From contig NC_092675.1 of the NCBI RefSeq assembly GCF_964355755.1, forward strand, positions 11,961,812-12,025,811: a stretch of DNA of 64,000 nucleotides. Direction: 5' to 3'. Origin of the DNA: Antedon mediterranea (lineage: Eukaryota; Animalia; Echinodermata). This document shows, piece after piece, positions 23,601-37,400 of the stretch (positions are counted from its first letter, which is position 1; each line of letters opens with the position of its first letter). The translations under genes were made by a program, and so were the position numbers. Under the pieces are notes generated by a model. The model was not told where the DNA came from. It made no database searches and saw nothing but the letters and a program-made list of their open reading frames with translations.

Positions 23601-26600
23601 TTGCGCAATTGTAAACGTCATGAAAAGCTTCGCAGCACATCTTCATGTGCATGACGATATGTTGAGAAAGTTACAAAATGTTATGTTTACAAGTTTTAGA
23701 GAAAAGCGTTCCACAAAAATCATACAGAAAGAAAGAAGATCAAGACTAGACATGTAACTCGTCACTTTGACGAGTTTGGTTATCCGCCGCGCCGCGCAAG
23801 TGGTGCAACATTAACATTAAGGGGATAGGTTGAGGACAAAAGGAAGTGTTCACGTTGGCATTATGACCTGAACTGAAGAATATGATATGTTGTTATTGCT
23901 GAATTTTATTATTTAAATTCATATATAGTATACACAGTATAATCTGTATCTATCACATACAGTGACATACATAGAATAGGTGAAGTTACGGGACCCGCTA
24001 TTTATTGCAATTTTTTAACATGTTTACGGTTTTAAAATGAAACGCGAAGGTAGCAATTCCGAAAGGAAATTATCTCAGCAACAACGTATTAGCGTGTAGA
24101 AGAAATTTGAATACGTGAAATATTGATGCGCGCTCTTTTAAATGTAATGAATTATGACGCAAAAGATGAAAATACGACCTTTTTTATTTAACTGGCCATA
24201 TGATGACGTCACAACATCCGATTGGCAACATTTTTACATAATTTCGTATCTACAATCCAATAGCTTCCAGAAAAAGTTTTAATCGTGATTATCACATTTT
24301 ATTCTTACGAGCTATAACAGATTAACATTTACTGTAAAGATGAAATTAATGCCACACGTGATTTAAATTTTTAGGCACGATGACGTCAAAAAAATTAAAA
24401 TATTTTTAACTCATGCGAAAGATACTTGATTGACCTAGACAATATCAAAATCGGGGTGAAAATGGAAAACGGATAAGTGGAGATGCGCTCTATTCAATGT
24501 GATGAGCTATGACGAAAGATACAAAAATCCTAAATTTTATATTCGTGTGGCCATACGATGACGTCACAATGTCCGGTTAGCCATATTACTACCTGATCCG
24601 ATATCTACAACTCATCTACTTCCAGAATATGCCATCCACAAAAAGTTGACCGTCTAGTTTAGAAATTACGACTGTTTAAAAAAAGGCATATTTTAAACGA
24701 ATTTTTTAACCTTTTCATAAAAAACGCGCGCCAATTGTCCAATTCGACGTGCTCGTATGACGTATCTTTAAGTCGAAATTGTTTAAAATTTGGTAAAATT
24801 ACTTGAAAAAGCTGGAACAACATAAATCACGCGAAAAAAATACGTTTTCAATGCTACGTGCGCACCGCACACGTAAAAATGTGCGCACGCGTGGGAATTT
24901 TTGACATGCTTAAAACGACATGAAACGCGTAGAAAGTTGATTATAAATTAATTTTGCGCATTTTGAAATTTTATATGCGCGTGCGCGCGTAACTTTGTGT
25001 AAAACACGCAATTTTTTTTCAACAGAAAGTTAGCGCATGATATAAATTAAACTTTTGCAAAGTTTCAAGTTGAAATGTTATTTGGTTGTCGAGCTATGTT
25101 AAATACGACAAAATCGTTAAATCGCGCGTAAGTCACGTTGCGCAATTGTAAACATCATGAAAAGCTTCGCTGCACATCTTCATGTGCATGATGATATGTT
25201 GAGAAAGTTACAAAATGTTATGTTTGCAAGTTTTCGAGAAAAGCGTTCCACAAAAATCATACAGAAAGAAAGAAGAGAAACTAGACATGAAACTCGTCAC
25301 TTTGACGAGTTAGTTATCCGCACGACAAACGCCACGTGCACGTCATACATTGGACACAGAAAAAGATTATGGCATATTGACATGAACTGAAGAGTAAAAT
25401 ATGTTGTTAGTGCTAAATGCTGTATATTTTGTGTCATATACTATTTACAGTATGCATAGTATAATATGTATACATATTAATACAGTGTAGGATAGGCGAA
25501 ATTACGGGTCCCGTCATTTATTCCAATTTTTAACATGGTGACGGTATGAAAATGAAACACTGATATAGCAATTTTGGAAGGAAATTATCTCAGCACCAAC
25601 ATATTAACGTGTAGAAGAAATTTTAATACGGAAAATATTAATGCGCGCTCTTTTAAATGTAATGAACTATGACGCAAAATATGAAAATACGACTTTTTTT
25701 ATTTAACTGGCCATATGGTGACGTCACAACATCCGATTTGCCAAATTTTTACATGATTTTGTATCTACAATCCAATAGCTTCCAGAAAACGTTTTAATCG
25801 TGATTATCACATTTTATTCTTACGAGCTATAACAGATTAAAATTTTCTGTAAAGATGAAATTAATGCCACATGTAATTTAAATTTTTAGGCATGATGACG
25901 TCATAATAATTAAAATATTTTAACTCATGCGAAAGATAGTTGATTGACCTAGACAATATCAAAATCGGGGTGAAAATGGAAAATGGATAAGTGGAGATGC
26001 GCTCTATTAAATGTGATGAGCTATGACGAAAGATACAAAAATCCTCAATTTTATATTCGCGTGGCCATACGATGACGTTAAAATGTCCGGTTAGCCATAT
26101 TAATACATGATCCGATATCTACAACTCATCAACTTCCGGAATATGTCATCCACAAAAAGTTGACCGTGTAGTTTAGAAATTACGACTGTTTAAAAAAAGG
26201 CATAATTTTGACAAATTTTTGTAATTTTTCCTCAAAAACGTGCGCAAATTGTCCAATTCGACGTGCTCGTATGACGTAACTTTAAGTCGAAAGTGTTTAA
26301 AAGTTGGTAAAATTACTATAAAAGGCTGGAAAAACATAAATCACTCGAAAAAAATATGTTTTTAATGCTACGTGCGCACCGCACACGTAAAAATGTGCGC
26401 ACGCGTGGGAATTTTTTACATGCTTAAAATGACATGAAACGCGTAGAAAGTTGATTAGAAATTAATTTTGCGCATTTTGAAATTTTAAATGCGCGTGCAC
26501 GCGTAACTTTTTGTAAAACATGCCATTTTTAGTGCACTAACAGTTTGCCCTTGATATGACTTAAATTTTCACAAAGGGTAAAAAAAAAATTACTCTTGGT

Positions 26601-26810
26601 TTTTAAGCTATGATCAATCATTAAAAATCATAAAATCGCGCGCAAGTCACGTTGCGCAACTCTGACGTCATTCAAAATAGGAGATGCACAACTTCACGTA
26701 AATGCCCACATGTTGTCAAAGTTATAAAATGTTATGTTTACACATTTTAGAGAAACGTGACTCACAAAAAAATGGGAAAGAAATAAGAATAATACAGAAA
26801 AAAAAAAAAA

Positions 26811-27137
26811 ATATTGATCCACTACAATCACAAGGAGTTATCCGCTACTAAGCGGATAACTAATAAAAAGTTGATGTTGATGATGATTTCGTACAATCAC
26901 AAGAGGTTATCCTGCAACTTCGTTGCGGATAACCAAAAAGAAAAAAAAGATCCCATACAATAACAAGGAGTTATCCGCACACTGCCATGTGCGGATAACT
27001 AATAAAAAGTTGATGATGATGATGATGATGATGATTTCGTACAATCACAAGAGGTTATCCTGCAACTTCGTTGCGGATAACCAATGATTTCGTACAATCA
27101 CAAGAGGTTATCCTGCAACTTCGTTGCGGATAACCAA
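26811..27137 (-). repeat. Stack of five 5' caps of three types with (GAT)n microsatellite
   Basis: Hairpin centres in order: tactaa, aacttcgtt, acactgccatgt, aacttcgtt, aacttcgtt. Confidence 0.9.
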
Positions 27138-30100
27138 AAATAAAAAGTTGACTAGACATGTAACTCGTCACTTTGACGAGTTTGGTTATCCGCCGCGCAA
27201 GTGGTGCAACATTAACATTAAGGGGATAGGTTGAGGACAAAAGGAAGTGTTCACGTTGGCATTATGACCTGAACTGAAGAATATGATCTGTTGTTATTGC
27301 TGAATTTTATTATTTAAATTCATATATAGTATACACAGTATAATCTGTATCCATATCACATACAGTGACATACATAGAATAGGTGAAATTACGGGACCCG
27401 TCATTTATTGCAATTTTTAACATGTTGACGGTTTTAAAATGAAACGCGAAGGTAGCAATTCCGAAAGGAAATTATCTCAGCAACAACGTATTAGCGTGTA
27501 GAAGAAATTTGAATACGTAAAATATTGATGCGCGCTCGTTTAAATGTAATGAATTATGACGCAAAAGATGAAATTACGACCTTTTTATTTAACTGGCCAT
27601 ATGATGATGTCACAACATCCGATTGGCAACATTTTTACATAATTTCGTATCTACAATCCAATAGCTTCCAGAAAAAGTTTTAATCGTGATTATCACACTT
27701 TATTCTTACGAGCTATAACAGATTAAAATTTACTGTAAAGATGAAATTGATGCCATACGTGATTTAAATTTTTAGGCATGATGACGTCAAAAAAATTAAA
27801 ATATTTTTAACTCATGCGAAAGATAGTTGATTGACCTAGACAATATCAAAATCGGGGTGAAAATGGAAAACGGATAAGTGGAGATGCGCTCTATTCAATG
27901 TGATGAGCTATGACGAAAGATACAAAAATCCTAAATTTTATATTCGCGTGGCCATACGATGACGTCACAATGTCCGGTTAGCCATATTAACACCTGATCC
28001 AATATCTACAACTCATCTACTTCCAGAATATGTCATCCACAAAAATTTGACGGTCTAGTTTAGAAATTACGACTGTTTAAAAAAAGGCATATTTTAAACG
28101 AATTTTTTAACCTTTTCATAAAAAACGCGCGCAAATTGTCCAATTCGACGTGCTCGTATGACGTATCTTTAAGTCGAAATTGTTTAAAATTTGGTAAAAT
28201 TACTAGAAAAGGCTGGAAAAACATAAATCACGCGAAAAAAATACGTTTTCAATGCTACGTGCGCACCGCACACGTAGAAATGTGCGCACGCCTGGGAATT
28301 TTTGACATGCTTAAAACGACATGAAACGCGTAGAAAGTTGATTATAAATTAATTTTGCGCATTTTGAAAATTTAAATGCGCGTGCGCGCGTAACTTTGTT
28401 TAAAACACGCAATTTTTTTTCAACAGAAAGTTAGCGCATGATATAAATTAAACTTTTGCAAAGTTTCACTTTAAAATGTTATTTGGTTTTCGACATATGT
28501 TAAATACGAGAAAATCGTTAAATCGCGCGTACGTCACGTTGCGCAATTGTAAACATCATGAAAAGCTTCGCTTGACGACGTTACATAAATGTCAAAATGT
28601 TAACATGGTTAACAAAATGTTATGTTTGCAAGTTTTAGAGAAAAGCGTTACACAAAAATCATACAGAAAGAAAGAAGATTAAGAAAAAGACTAGACATGT
28701 AACTCGTCACTTTGACGAGTTTGGTTATCCGCCGCGCAAGTGGTGCAACATTAACATTAAGGGGATAGGTTGAGGACAAAAGGAAGTGTTCACGTTGGCA
28801 TTATGAACTGAACTGAAGAATATGATCTGTTGTTATTGCTGAATTTTATTATTTAAATTCATATATAGTATACACAGTATAATCTGTATCCATATCACAT
28901 ACAGTGTAGAATAGGTGAAATTACGGGACCCGCTATTTATTACAATTTTTAACATGTTGACGGTTTTAAAATGAAACGCGAAGTTAGCAATTCCGAAAGG
29001 AAATTATCTCAGCAACAACGTATTAGCGTGTAGAAGAAATTTGAATACCTGAAATATTGATGCGCGCTCTTTTAAATGTAATGAATTATGACGCAAAAGA
29101 TGAAAATACGACCTTTTTTATTTACCTGGCCATATGATGACGTCACAACATCCGATTGGCAACATTTTTACATAATTTCGTATCTACAATCCAATAGCTT
29201 CCAGAAAAAGTTTTAATCGTGATTATCAAGTTTTATTCTTACGAGCTATAACAGATTAAAATTTACTGTAAAGATGAAATTGATGCCACACGTGATTAAA
29301 ATTTTTAGGCATGATGACGTCAAAAAAATTAAAATATTTTTAACTCATGCGAAAGATACTTGATTGACCTAGACAAAATCAAAATCGGGGTGAAAATGGA
29401 AAACGGATAAGTGGAGATGCGCTCTATTCAATGTGATGAGCTATGACGAAAGATACAAAAATCCTAAATTTTATATTCACGTGGCCATACGATGACGTCA
29501 CAATGTCTGGTTAGCCATATTAATACCTGATCCGATATCTACAACTCATCTACTTCCAGAATATGCCATCCACAAAAAGTTGACCGTCTAGTTTAGAAAT
29601 TACGACTGTTTAAAAAAAGGCATATTTTAAACGAATTTTTTAACCTTTTCATAAAAAACGCGCGCAAATTGTCCAATTCGACGTGCTCGTATGACGTATC
29701 TTTAAGTCGAAATTGTTTAAAATTTGGTAAAATTACTAGGAAAGGCTGGAAAAATATAAATCACGTGAAAAAAGTACGTTTTCAATACTACGTGCGCACC
29801 GCACACGTAAAAATGTGCGCACGCGTGGGAATTTTTGACATGCTTAAAACGACATGAAACGCGTAGAAAGTTGACTATAAATTAATTTTGCGCATTTTGA
29901 AATTTTAAATGCGCGTGCGCGTGTAACTTTGTGTAAAACACGCAATTTTTTTTCAACAGAAAGTTAGCGCATGATATAAATTAAACTTTTGCAAAGTTTC
30001 AAGTTGAAATGTTATTTGGTTGTCGAGCTATGTTAAATACGACAAAATCGTTAAATCGCGCCTAAGTCACGTTGCGCAATTGTAAACGTCATGAAAAGCT

Positions 30101-30199
30101 TCGCTTGACGACGTTACGTAAATGTCAATATGTTAAGATAGTTACCGAAATGTTATGTTTGCGAGTTTTAGAGAAAAGCGTTACACAAAAATCATACAG

Positions 30200-30490
30200 G
30201 TTGATTTCGTACAATCACAAGAGGTTATCCTGCAACTTCGTTGCGGATAACCAATGATGATTTCGTACAATAACAAGAGGTTATCCTGCAACTTCGTTGC
30301 GGATAACCAATGATGATGATGATTTCGTACAATCACAAGAGGTTATCCTGCAACTTCGTTGCGGATAACCAATGATGATGATGATGATGATTTCGTACAA
30401 TCACAAGAGGTTATCCTGCAACTTCGTTGCGGATAACCAAAAAGTAACACTACAATTCCAAGGGCTTATCCGCTTGAGGCGGATAACCAA
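30200..30490 (-). repeat. Stack of five 5' caps: four aacttcgtt type with growing (GAT)n linkers, then one ttgag type
   Basis: gatttcgtacaat(c/a)acaagaggttatcctgcaacttcgttgcggataaccaa four times, then aacactacaattccaagggcttatccgcttgaggcggataaccaa. Confidence 0.9.
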
Positions 30491-30664
30491 CTAGAACTTA
30501 AACTCGTCACTTGAGGACGAGTTTGGTTATCCGCCAGCAACAAAGCGTATCTTGCGTATTCAAGTACTTCCAAGTTATGACTTTTCCAAAAAAAGTAGGC
30601 TTTTCAAAATTAAAACTGCCCTCTCAGTGTAATAACCAACTAAACCCTTTTAATTAATTGTTTT

Positions 30665-30738
30665 CCCGTGACGGGACTCGAACCCGGTACCTCTGATACC
30701 AAAGTCGGTTGCATTACACATCGAGCCATATGACCACC
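30665..30738 (-). other. tRNA-derived segment with Pol III A and B boxes (paralogues near 32225, 33844, 35100, 37411, 39089, 40352)
   Basis: Minus strand reads ggtggtcatatggctcgatgtgtaatgcaaccgactttggtatcagaggtaccgggttcgagtcccgtcacggg. B box GGTTCGAGTCC is perfect and A-box-like tggctcgatgtg is present, but the acceptor and anticodon stems are imperfect, so it is not called a functional tRNA. Confidence 0.7.
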
Positions 30739-33700
30739 TGCTGACGAAAATCCTAAGAAAGAGTCCTCGTTCATTCGGTATGTCGTGAACCCCCTCGATG
30801 CAAGTTGATTATTACATATCAAACTTAAATCATAAATTTTACTATGATGAAATCTTCAAAAATTTTAAACGCTGATATTTTATGAAAGTGCATACTTTCA
30901 AGTTTTATATATTAACATGTAAAGAAAAAAGATAAATGTTATGTTTATTGTTTTGCTCTTTGAATAAGTTTATGTTTGTTTGATGATAAATATTTCAAAA
31001 ATTATATTTAATATGCAAATAATGTAGCCATCAAACACGTTTTAGCATTCAACACTATAATAAATCAGACCTATGATTCATACACTGCAAGAAATTAAAA
31101 TAAAAAATGGGGGTAACCTTGCATTCTGATGAACTGTTTCATTTTTAAAAGTAGACATATTTTGGAACATTTTCACAATTTGTTGACGTTTTCGTGCGCA
31201 ACCTGTCATGTTTAACGTGCTCGTAGAACGCCATTTCAAGTTGAAAAGTGAATAAAATAACGTAAAATTGTTAACCGAAGATTTAAAAACACAAATCGTG
31301 TAAAAGAAATGCTCATACCTGTTCCCTGCGCCGTGCGCGCGTGAAAATGTGCGCACCAGTGGCAATTTTTTAAACGCTTAAAATGACCTGAATCGTGCTC
31401 TAATTTAATCAGAAATTGATTTGAAGCATTTTAAAATTTCAAACGCCATTTACGCGCGCACTTTCTAATGTTACAAATTGCGATAGCGTTAAAAAGGTTA
31501 ACTATTGATGTGAAGCAAACGTGGCTGAAAATGACGTTAAAAAATATTCATTTGTTTCGAAGTTATAACCAATTTAAGATTTTCAGAAAATCACGCGTAA
31601 CTTACGCTACGCGGCTCTGACATCGTCAAAAAGCTTGGCTGGACAACTTCAGTAAAATGTCTATATGTTGAACAAGTTACAAAATGTTATGTTAACGCGT
31701 TACAGAGAAACAGCGTGCACAAATTAGGAGCATTTTAAAATTTCAAACGCAGTTTACGCGCAGACTTTCTAGTGTTCAAAAATTTGCTGAAGAGCGAAAA
31801 AGTTAGCCATTGATGTGAAGAAAACGTGGCTGAAAATTTCGTTAAAAAATATTTATCGGTTTCGAAGTTATGACAGATTTAAGATTTTCAGAAAATCGCG
31901 CGTAACTTACGCTACGCGGATCTGAAATTGTCAAAAAGCTTCGCAGTACATCTTCAGTTAATTGTCTATATGTTGACCAAGTTACAAAATGTTATGTTAA
32001 CACGTTCAAGAGAAAACGCGTACACAAAATCTGAGAAAGAAAGAAGAATAACTAGATCTGAACTCGTCACTTGAGGACGAGTTTGGTTATCCGCCCGCAA
32101 CAAAACGTATCTTGAGCATTCAAGTATTTTTCAGTTTTTGGCTTTTCCAAAAAAGTAGCCTATTCGAAATTAAAACTGCGTTTTCAGTGTAACAACCAAA
32201 TAAATCCTTATATTTAATTGTTTTCCCGTGACGGGACTCGATCCCGGTACCTCTGATACCAAAGTCGGTTGCACTACACATCGAGCCATATGAGCACCTG
32301 CCGAAGAAAATCCGAAGAAAGATTACTCGTTCGTTCGGTATGTCGTGAACTCCCTCGATGCAAGTTGATTATTACATATCGAACTAAATCATAAGTTTTA
32401 CTATGATGAAATCTTCATAAATTTTAAACAGTGACATATTATGAAAGAGCATACTTTCAAGTTTTATATATTAACATGCAAAGAAAAAAGATAAACGTTA
32501 TGTCTATTGTTTTACTCTTTGAATATGTTTATGTTTGTTTGATGATAATTATTTCAAAAATTACATTTAATATGCAAATAATGTAGCCATCAAACACTTT
32601 TTAACATTCAAGACTATAACAAATTAGCCCTATGATTAATACACTGCAAGAAAATAAAATAAAAAATGGGGGTAACCTTGCATTCTGATGAACTGTTTCA
32701 TTTTTTAAAGTAGACATATTTTGCAACATTTTCATAATTTTTTGACGTTTTTCTGCGCAACCAGTCATGTTTAACGTGCTCGTAGAACGCCATTTCAAGT
32801 TGAATAGTGAATAAAATAACGTAAAATTGTTAACCAAAGATTTAAAAACATAAATCGTGTAAAAGAAATGCTCATACGCGTTCCCTGCGCCGTGCGCGCG
32901 TAAAAATGTGCGCACCAGTGGCAATTTTTTAAACGCTTAAAATGACCTGAATCGTGCTCTAATTTAATCAGAAATTAATTTCAAGCATTTTAAAATTTCA
33001 AACGCCGTTTACGCGCGCACTTTCGAATGTTACAAAATTCGTTAGGTTAAAAAAGTTAACAATTGATGTGAAGCAAACGTGGCTGAAAATTACGTTAAAA
33101 AATATTTATCTGTTTCAAAGTTATGATCAATTTAAGATTTTCTGAAAATCGCGCGTAACTTACGATACGCGCCTCTGACAGCGTCCAAAAGCTTGGCTGC
33201 ACAATTTCAGTTAGATGTCAATATGTTGACCAAGTTACAACATGTTATGTTAACGCGTTACAGAGAAACAGCGTGTACAAATTTGGAGAATTTTTAAATT
33301 TCAAACGCAATTTACGCGAAAATTTTCTAGTCTCCAAAAATTTACTAGCGATCGAAAAAGTTAGCCATTGATGTGAAGAAAACGTGGCTGAAAACTTTGT
33401 TAAAAAATATTTATCGGTTTCGAAGTTATGACCGATTTAAGATTTTCAGAAAATCGCGCGTAACTTACGCTACGCGTATCTGACAGCGTCCAAAAGCTTG
33501 GCTGCACAACTTCAGTTAAATGTCTAAATGTTGACCAAGTTACAACATGTTATGTTAACACGTTAAAGAGAAACGTCGCGAACAAAAGTGGCGGAAAGAA
33601 AGAAGAATAATAAAAAAAAAAAATAAACACTACAATAACAAAGGTTATCCGCTTGAGGCGGATAACCAACTAGATCTTAAACTCGTCACTTGAGGACGAG

Positions 33701-36354
33701 TTTGGTTATCCGCCCGCAACAAAACTTATCTTGCGTATTAAAGTATTTCTCAGTTATGACTTTTCCAAAAAAAGTAGCCTATTCAAAAGTAAAACTGCCC
33801 TTTCAGTGTAATAACAATTTAAATCCTGTTTTTTAATTACTTTCCCGTGATGGGATTCGAACCCGGTACCTCTGATACCAAAGTCGGTGGCACTACACAT
33901 CGAGCCATATGAGCACCTGCTGAAGAGAATCCGAAGAAAGTTAACTCGTCCATTCGGTATGTCGTGAACCACTCGATGCAAATAGATTATTACTTACCAA
34001 ACTATATCATAATTTTCACTATGATGAAATCTTCACAAATTTTAACCAGTGACATATTATGAAAGTGCATACTTTTTAGTTTTATATATTAACATGTGAA
34101 GAAAAAAGATAAACGTTATGTTTATTGTTTTGCTCTTTGAAAAAGTTTTTGTTTGTTTGATGATAAAAATTTCAAAAATTATATTTAATATGCAAATAAT
34201 GTAGCCATCAAACACGTTTTAACATTCAACACTATAATAAATCAGACCTATGATTCATACACTACAAGAAAATAAAATAAAAAATAGGGGTAACCTTGCA
34301 TTCTGATGAACTGTATCATTTTTAAAAGTATACATATTTTGCAACATTTTCACAATGTTTTAACATTTCACGTGCGCAACCAGTCATGTTTAACGTGCTC
34401 GTAGAACGTCATTTCAAGTTGAATAGTGATTAAAATAACGTAAAATTGTTAACCGAAGATTGAAAAACACAACTCGTGCAAAAGAATTGCTCATACGTGT
34501 TCCCTGCGCCGTGCGCACGTAAAAATGTGCGCACCTGGTGGCAATTTTTCAAACCCTTAAAATGACCTGAATCGTGCTCTAATTTAATCAGAAATTGATT
34601 TAGAGCATTTTAAAATTTCAAACGCCGTTTACTCGCGCACTTTCCAATGTTACACATTTCGGTAGCGATAAAAAAGTTAGCAATTGATGTGAAGCAAACA
34701 TGGCTGAAAATTACGTTAAAAAATATTCATCTGTTTCGAAGTTATGATCAACTTAGGATTTTTTGAAAATCGCGCGTGACTTACGCTACGCGGTTCTGCC
34801 AGCGTCCAAAAGCTTGGCTGCACATCTTCAGCTAAATGTCTAAATGTTTACCAAGTTACAACATGTTATGTTAACAGGTTGCAGAGAAAAGCTGAACACA
34901 AAAATCAGCGGAAATAGAGAAGAATAACTAGATCTGTAACTCGTCACTTGAGGACGAGTTTGGTTATCCGCCCGTAACAAAACGTATCTTGCGCATTCAA
35001 GTACCTTTCAATCATGACTTTTCCAAAAAGTAGCCTATTCGAAATTAAAACTGCCCTTTCATTGTAATAACCAAATAAATCCTTTTATTTAATTGTTTTC
35101 GCCTGATGGGATTCGATCCCGGTACCTCTGATACCAAAGTCGATGGCACTACACATCGAGTCATATGAGCACCTGCTGAAGAGAATCCGAAGAAAGTTAA
35201 CTCGTCCATTCGGTATGTCGTGAACCACTCGATGCAAATAGATTATTACTTACCAAACTAAATCATAATTTTCACTATGATGAAATCGTCACAAATTTTA
35301 AACAGTGACATATTATGAAAGTGCACACTTGAAAGTTTTATATATTAACATGTGAAGAAAAAAGATAAACGTTATGTTTATTGTTTTGCTCTTTGAAAAT
35401 ATTATTGTTTGTTTAATGATCAAAATTTCAAAAATTATATTTAATATGCAAATAATGTAGTCATCAAACACGTTTTAACATTCAACACTATAATAAATCA
35501 GACCTATGATTCATACACTGCAAGAAAATAAAATAAAAAATAGGGGTAACCTTGCATTCTGATGAACTGTATCGTTTTTAAAAGTATACATATTTTGCAA
35601 CATTTTCACAATTTTTTAACGTTTTACGTGCGCAACCAGTCATGTTTAACGTGCTCGTAGAACGCCATTTGAAGTTGAAAAGTGAATAAAATAACGTAAA
35701 ATTGTTAACCGAAGATTGAAAAACACAAATCGTGCAAAAGAAATGCTCATACGTGTTTCCTGCGCCGTGCGCGCGTAAAAATGTGCGCACCTGGTGGCAA
35801 TTTTTCAAACGCTTAAAATGACCTGAATCGTGCTCTAATTTAATCAGAAATTGATTTAGAGCATTTTAAAATTTCAAACGCCGTTTACTCGCGCACTTTC
35901 CAATTTTACAAATTTCGGTAGCGATAAAAAAGTTAGCAATTGATGTGAAGCAAACATGGCTGAAATTTACGTTAAAAAATATTCATCTGTTTCGAAGTTA
36001 TGATCAACTTAGGATTTTTTGAAAATCGCGCGTGACTCACGCTACGCGGTTCTGCCAGCGTCCAAAAGCTTGGCTGCACATCTTCAGCTAAATGTCTAAA
36101 TGTTTAACAAGTTACAACATGTTATGTTAACAGGTTGCAGAGAAAAGCTGAACACAAAAATCGGCGGAAATAGAGAAGAATAATAAAAAACTAGATCTGA
36201 ACTCGTCACTTGAGGACGAGTTTGGTTATCCGCCCGCAACAAAACATATCTTGCGCATTCAAGTACTTTTCAGTTGTGACTTTTCCAAAAAGTAGCCTAT
36301 TGAAAATTAAAACTGCCTTTTCAGTGCAATAACCAAACAAATCCTTTTATTTAA

Positions 36355-37400
36355 CACTTTGACTGCCAAACACGAAGATCTTCGTTTTTGGAAACACAAC
36401 GCTTGACTGCCAAACACGAAGATCTTCGTTTTTCGCGTTTTTTTACGAAATCCGGTAGATAGGTTAATTATTGGTATATACTATAAATATGAACACTATA
36501 TTCGGTCTGGACCGTCAATATTTTACAGTTTGAAAGTAACTAATCTGGTTACGAACGATTGTCAAAATGGTACCTGTCGAAATAACAAACACCGCGCATC
36601 ACAGTAGCGCGTAGAGCAATGGCTTGGCGCATTGTGTATCGGTCGCGCGCTAGCTATGCCGCCGAAGCATTACAAAGGTTTTGTGGATTGACATGTTTGT
36701 TTGTTATCTGAATAAAAAATAATGGAGTCATTTTCAATATGAAGTCTTTAATTTTATTATTGTATGTATACCCTAATTGTTTTGGTGTTTTACTGAAAGT
36801 GACCGAGTTTCACGAAACAAACTTGTTTTGAAATGGTATGGATATTATCATCAGTTTACTATCTAGGCTAGTAGTACTAGGCTAGCCTAGGCCTAGGCCT
36901 AGTCGTAAAACGGTTCCGGACCAACTTTAGGCCTGGTTAACTAGGCCTGGTGTCTTTACTATGTGGATTTTGGCGAAACATTGATATAAGATTTATGATT
37001 TATAAAATGTAATACATTTTTCGATAGTGATAACTTGTTTTTATAGGCCTATCGGTGCCGTGTAAGTAACTTTTTCGTTGTTTGTTGATCTCACCGGGCG
37101 ATATTTTCATATTGTAATGTCTTGCACAAAATCGCGAATATCTCGACTTTCTTGCGCGAAACTACGAAAAACTCAAAAAGTGGGTTACTTTCATTTTACT
37201 ATTACGATTTACATATTGTGATTTAAAAATCGTTCTTGATACCATTGTAAAGCTAAAATCTTTATGATTATTTTAGTCTAAATTACATATAAATCAGATC
37301 ACATACATGGTTTCAATCAGCTTTAATATAAACATCGAAATGGGCTAAAAACGCTGGCGGTGGCAGTTTCTAACTTGAAAAACCTCTGGCAGTCAAAGTG
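36355..37400. mobile_element. Non-autonomous TTAA-specific DNA transposon (piggyBac-like MITE), 1046 bp
   Basis: Perfect 14 bp TIR cactttgactgcca / tggcagtcaaagtg, with TTAA duplicated at 36351-36354 and 37401-37404. The empty paralogous site ccttttatttaattgtttt is at ~35081-35099. Confidence 0.93.

Larger units (their letters stand above)
14006..30440 (-). mobile_element. Block of 11 HINE-like units of the ~1.53 kb ctagacatg family (one internally deleted) with 12 caps
   Basis: Heads read ctagacatg(t/a)aactcgtcactttgacgagtt. Caps are mostly gatttcgtacaatcacaagaggttatcctgcaacttcgttgcggataacc. Confidence 0.88.

Noticed and set aside
30200-30440. CRISPR-like array of palindromic ~50 bp repeats (also 26811-27137)
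   Set aside because: There are no unique spacers (only variable GAT runs) and no cas genes, and the repeats are identical to the element caps on intact units.
30665-30738. Functional tRNA gene cluster
   Set aside because: Acceptor and anticodon stems pair poorly and vary among copies; treated as tRNA-derived.
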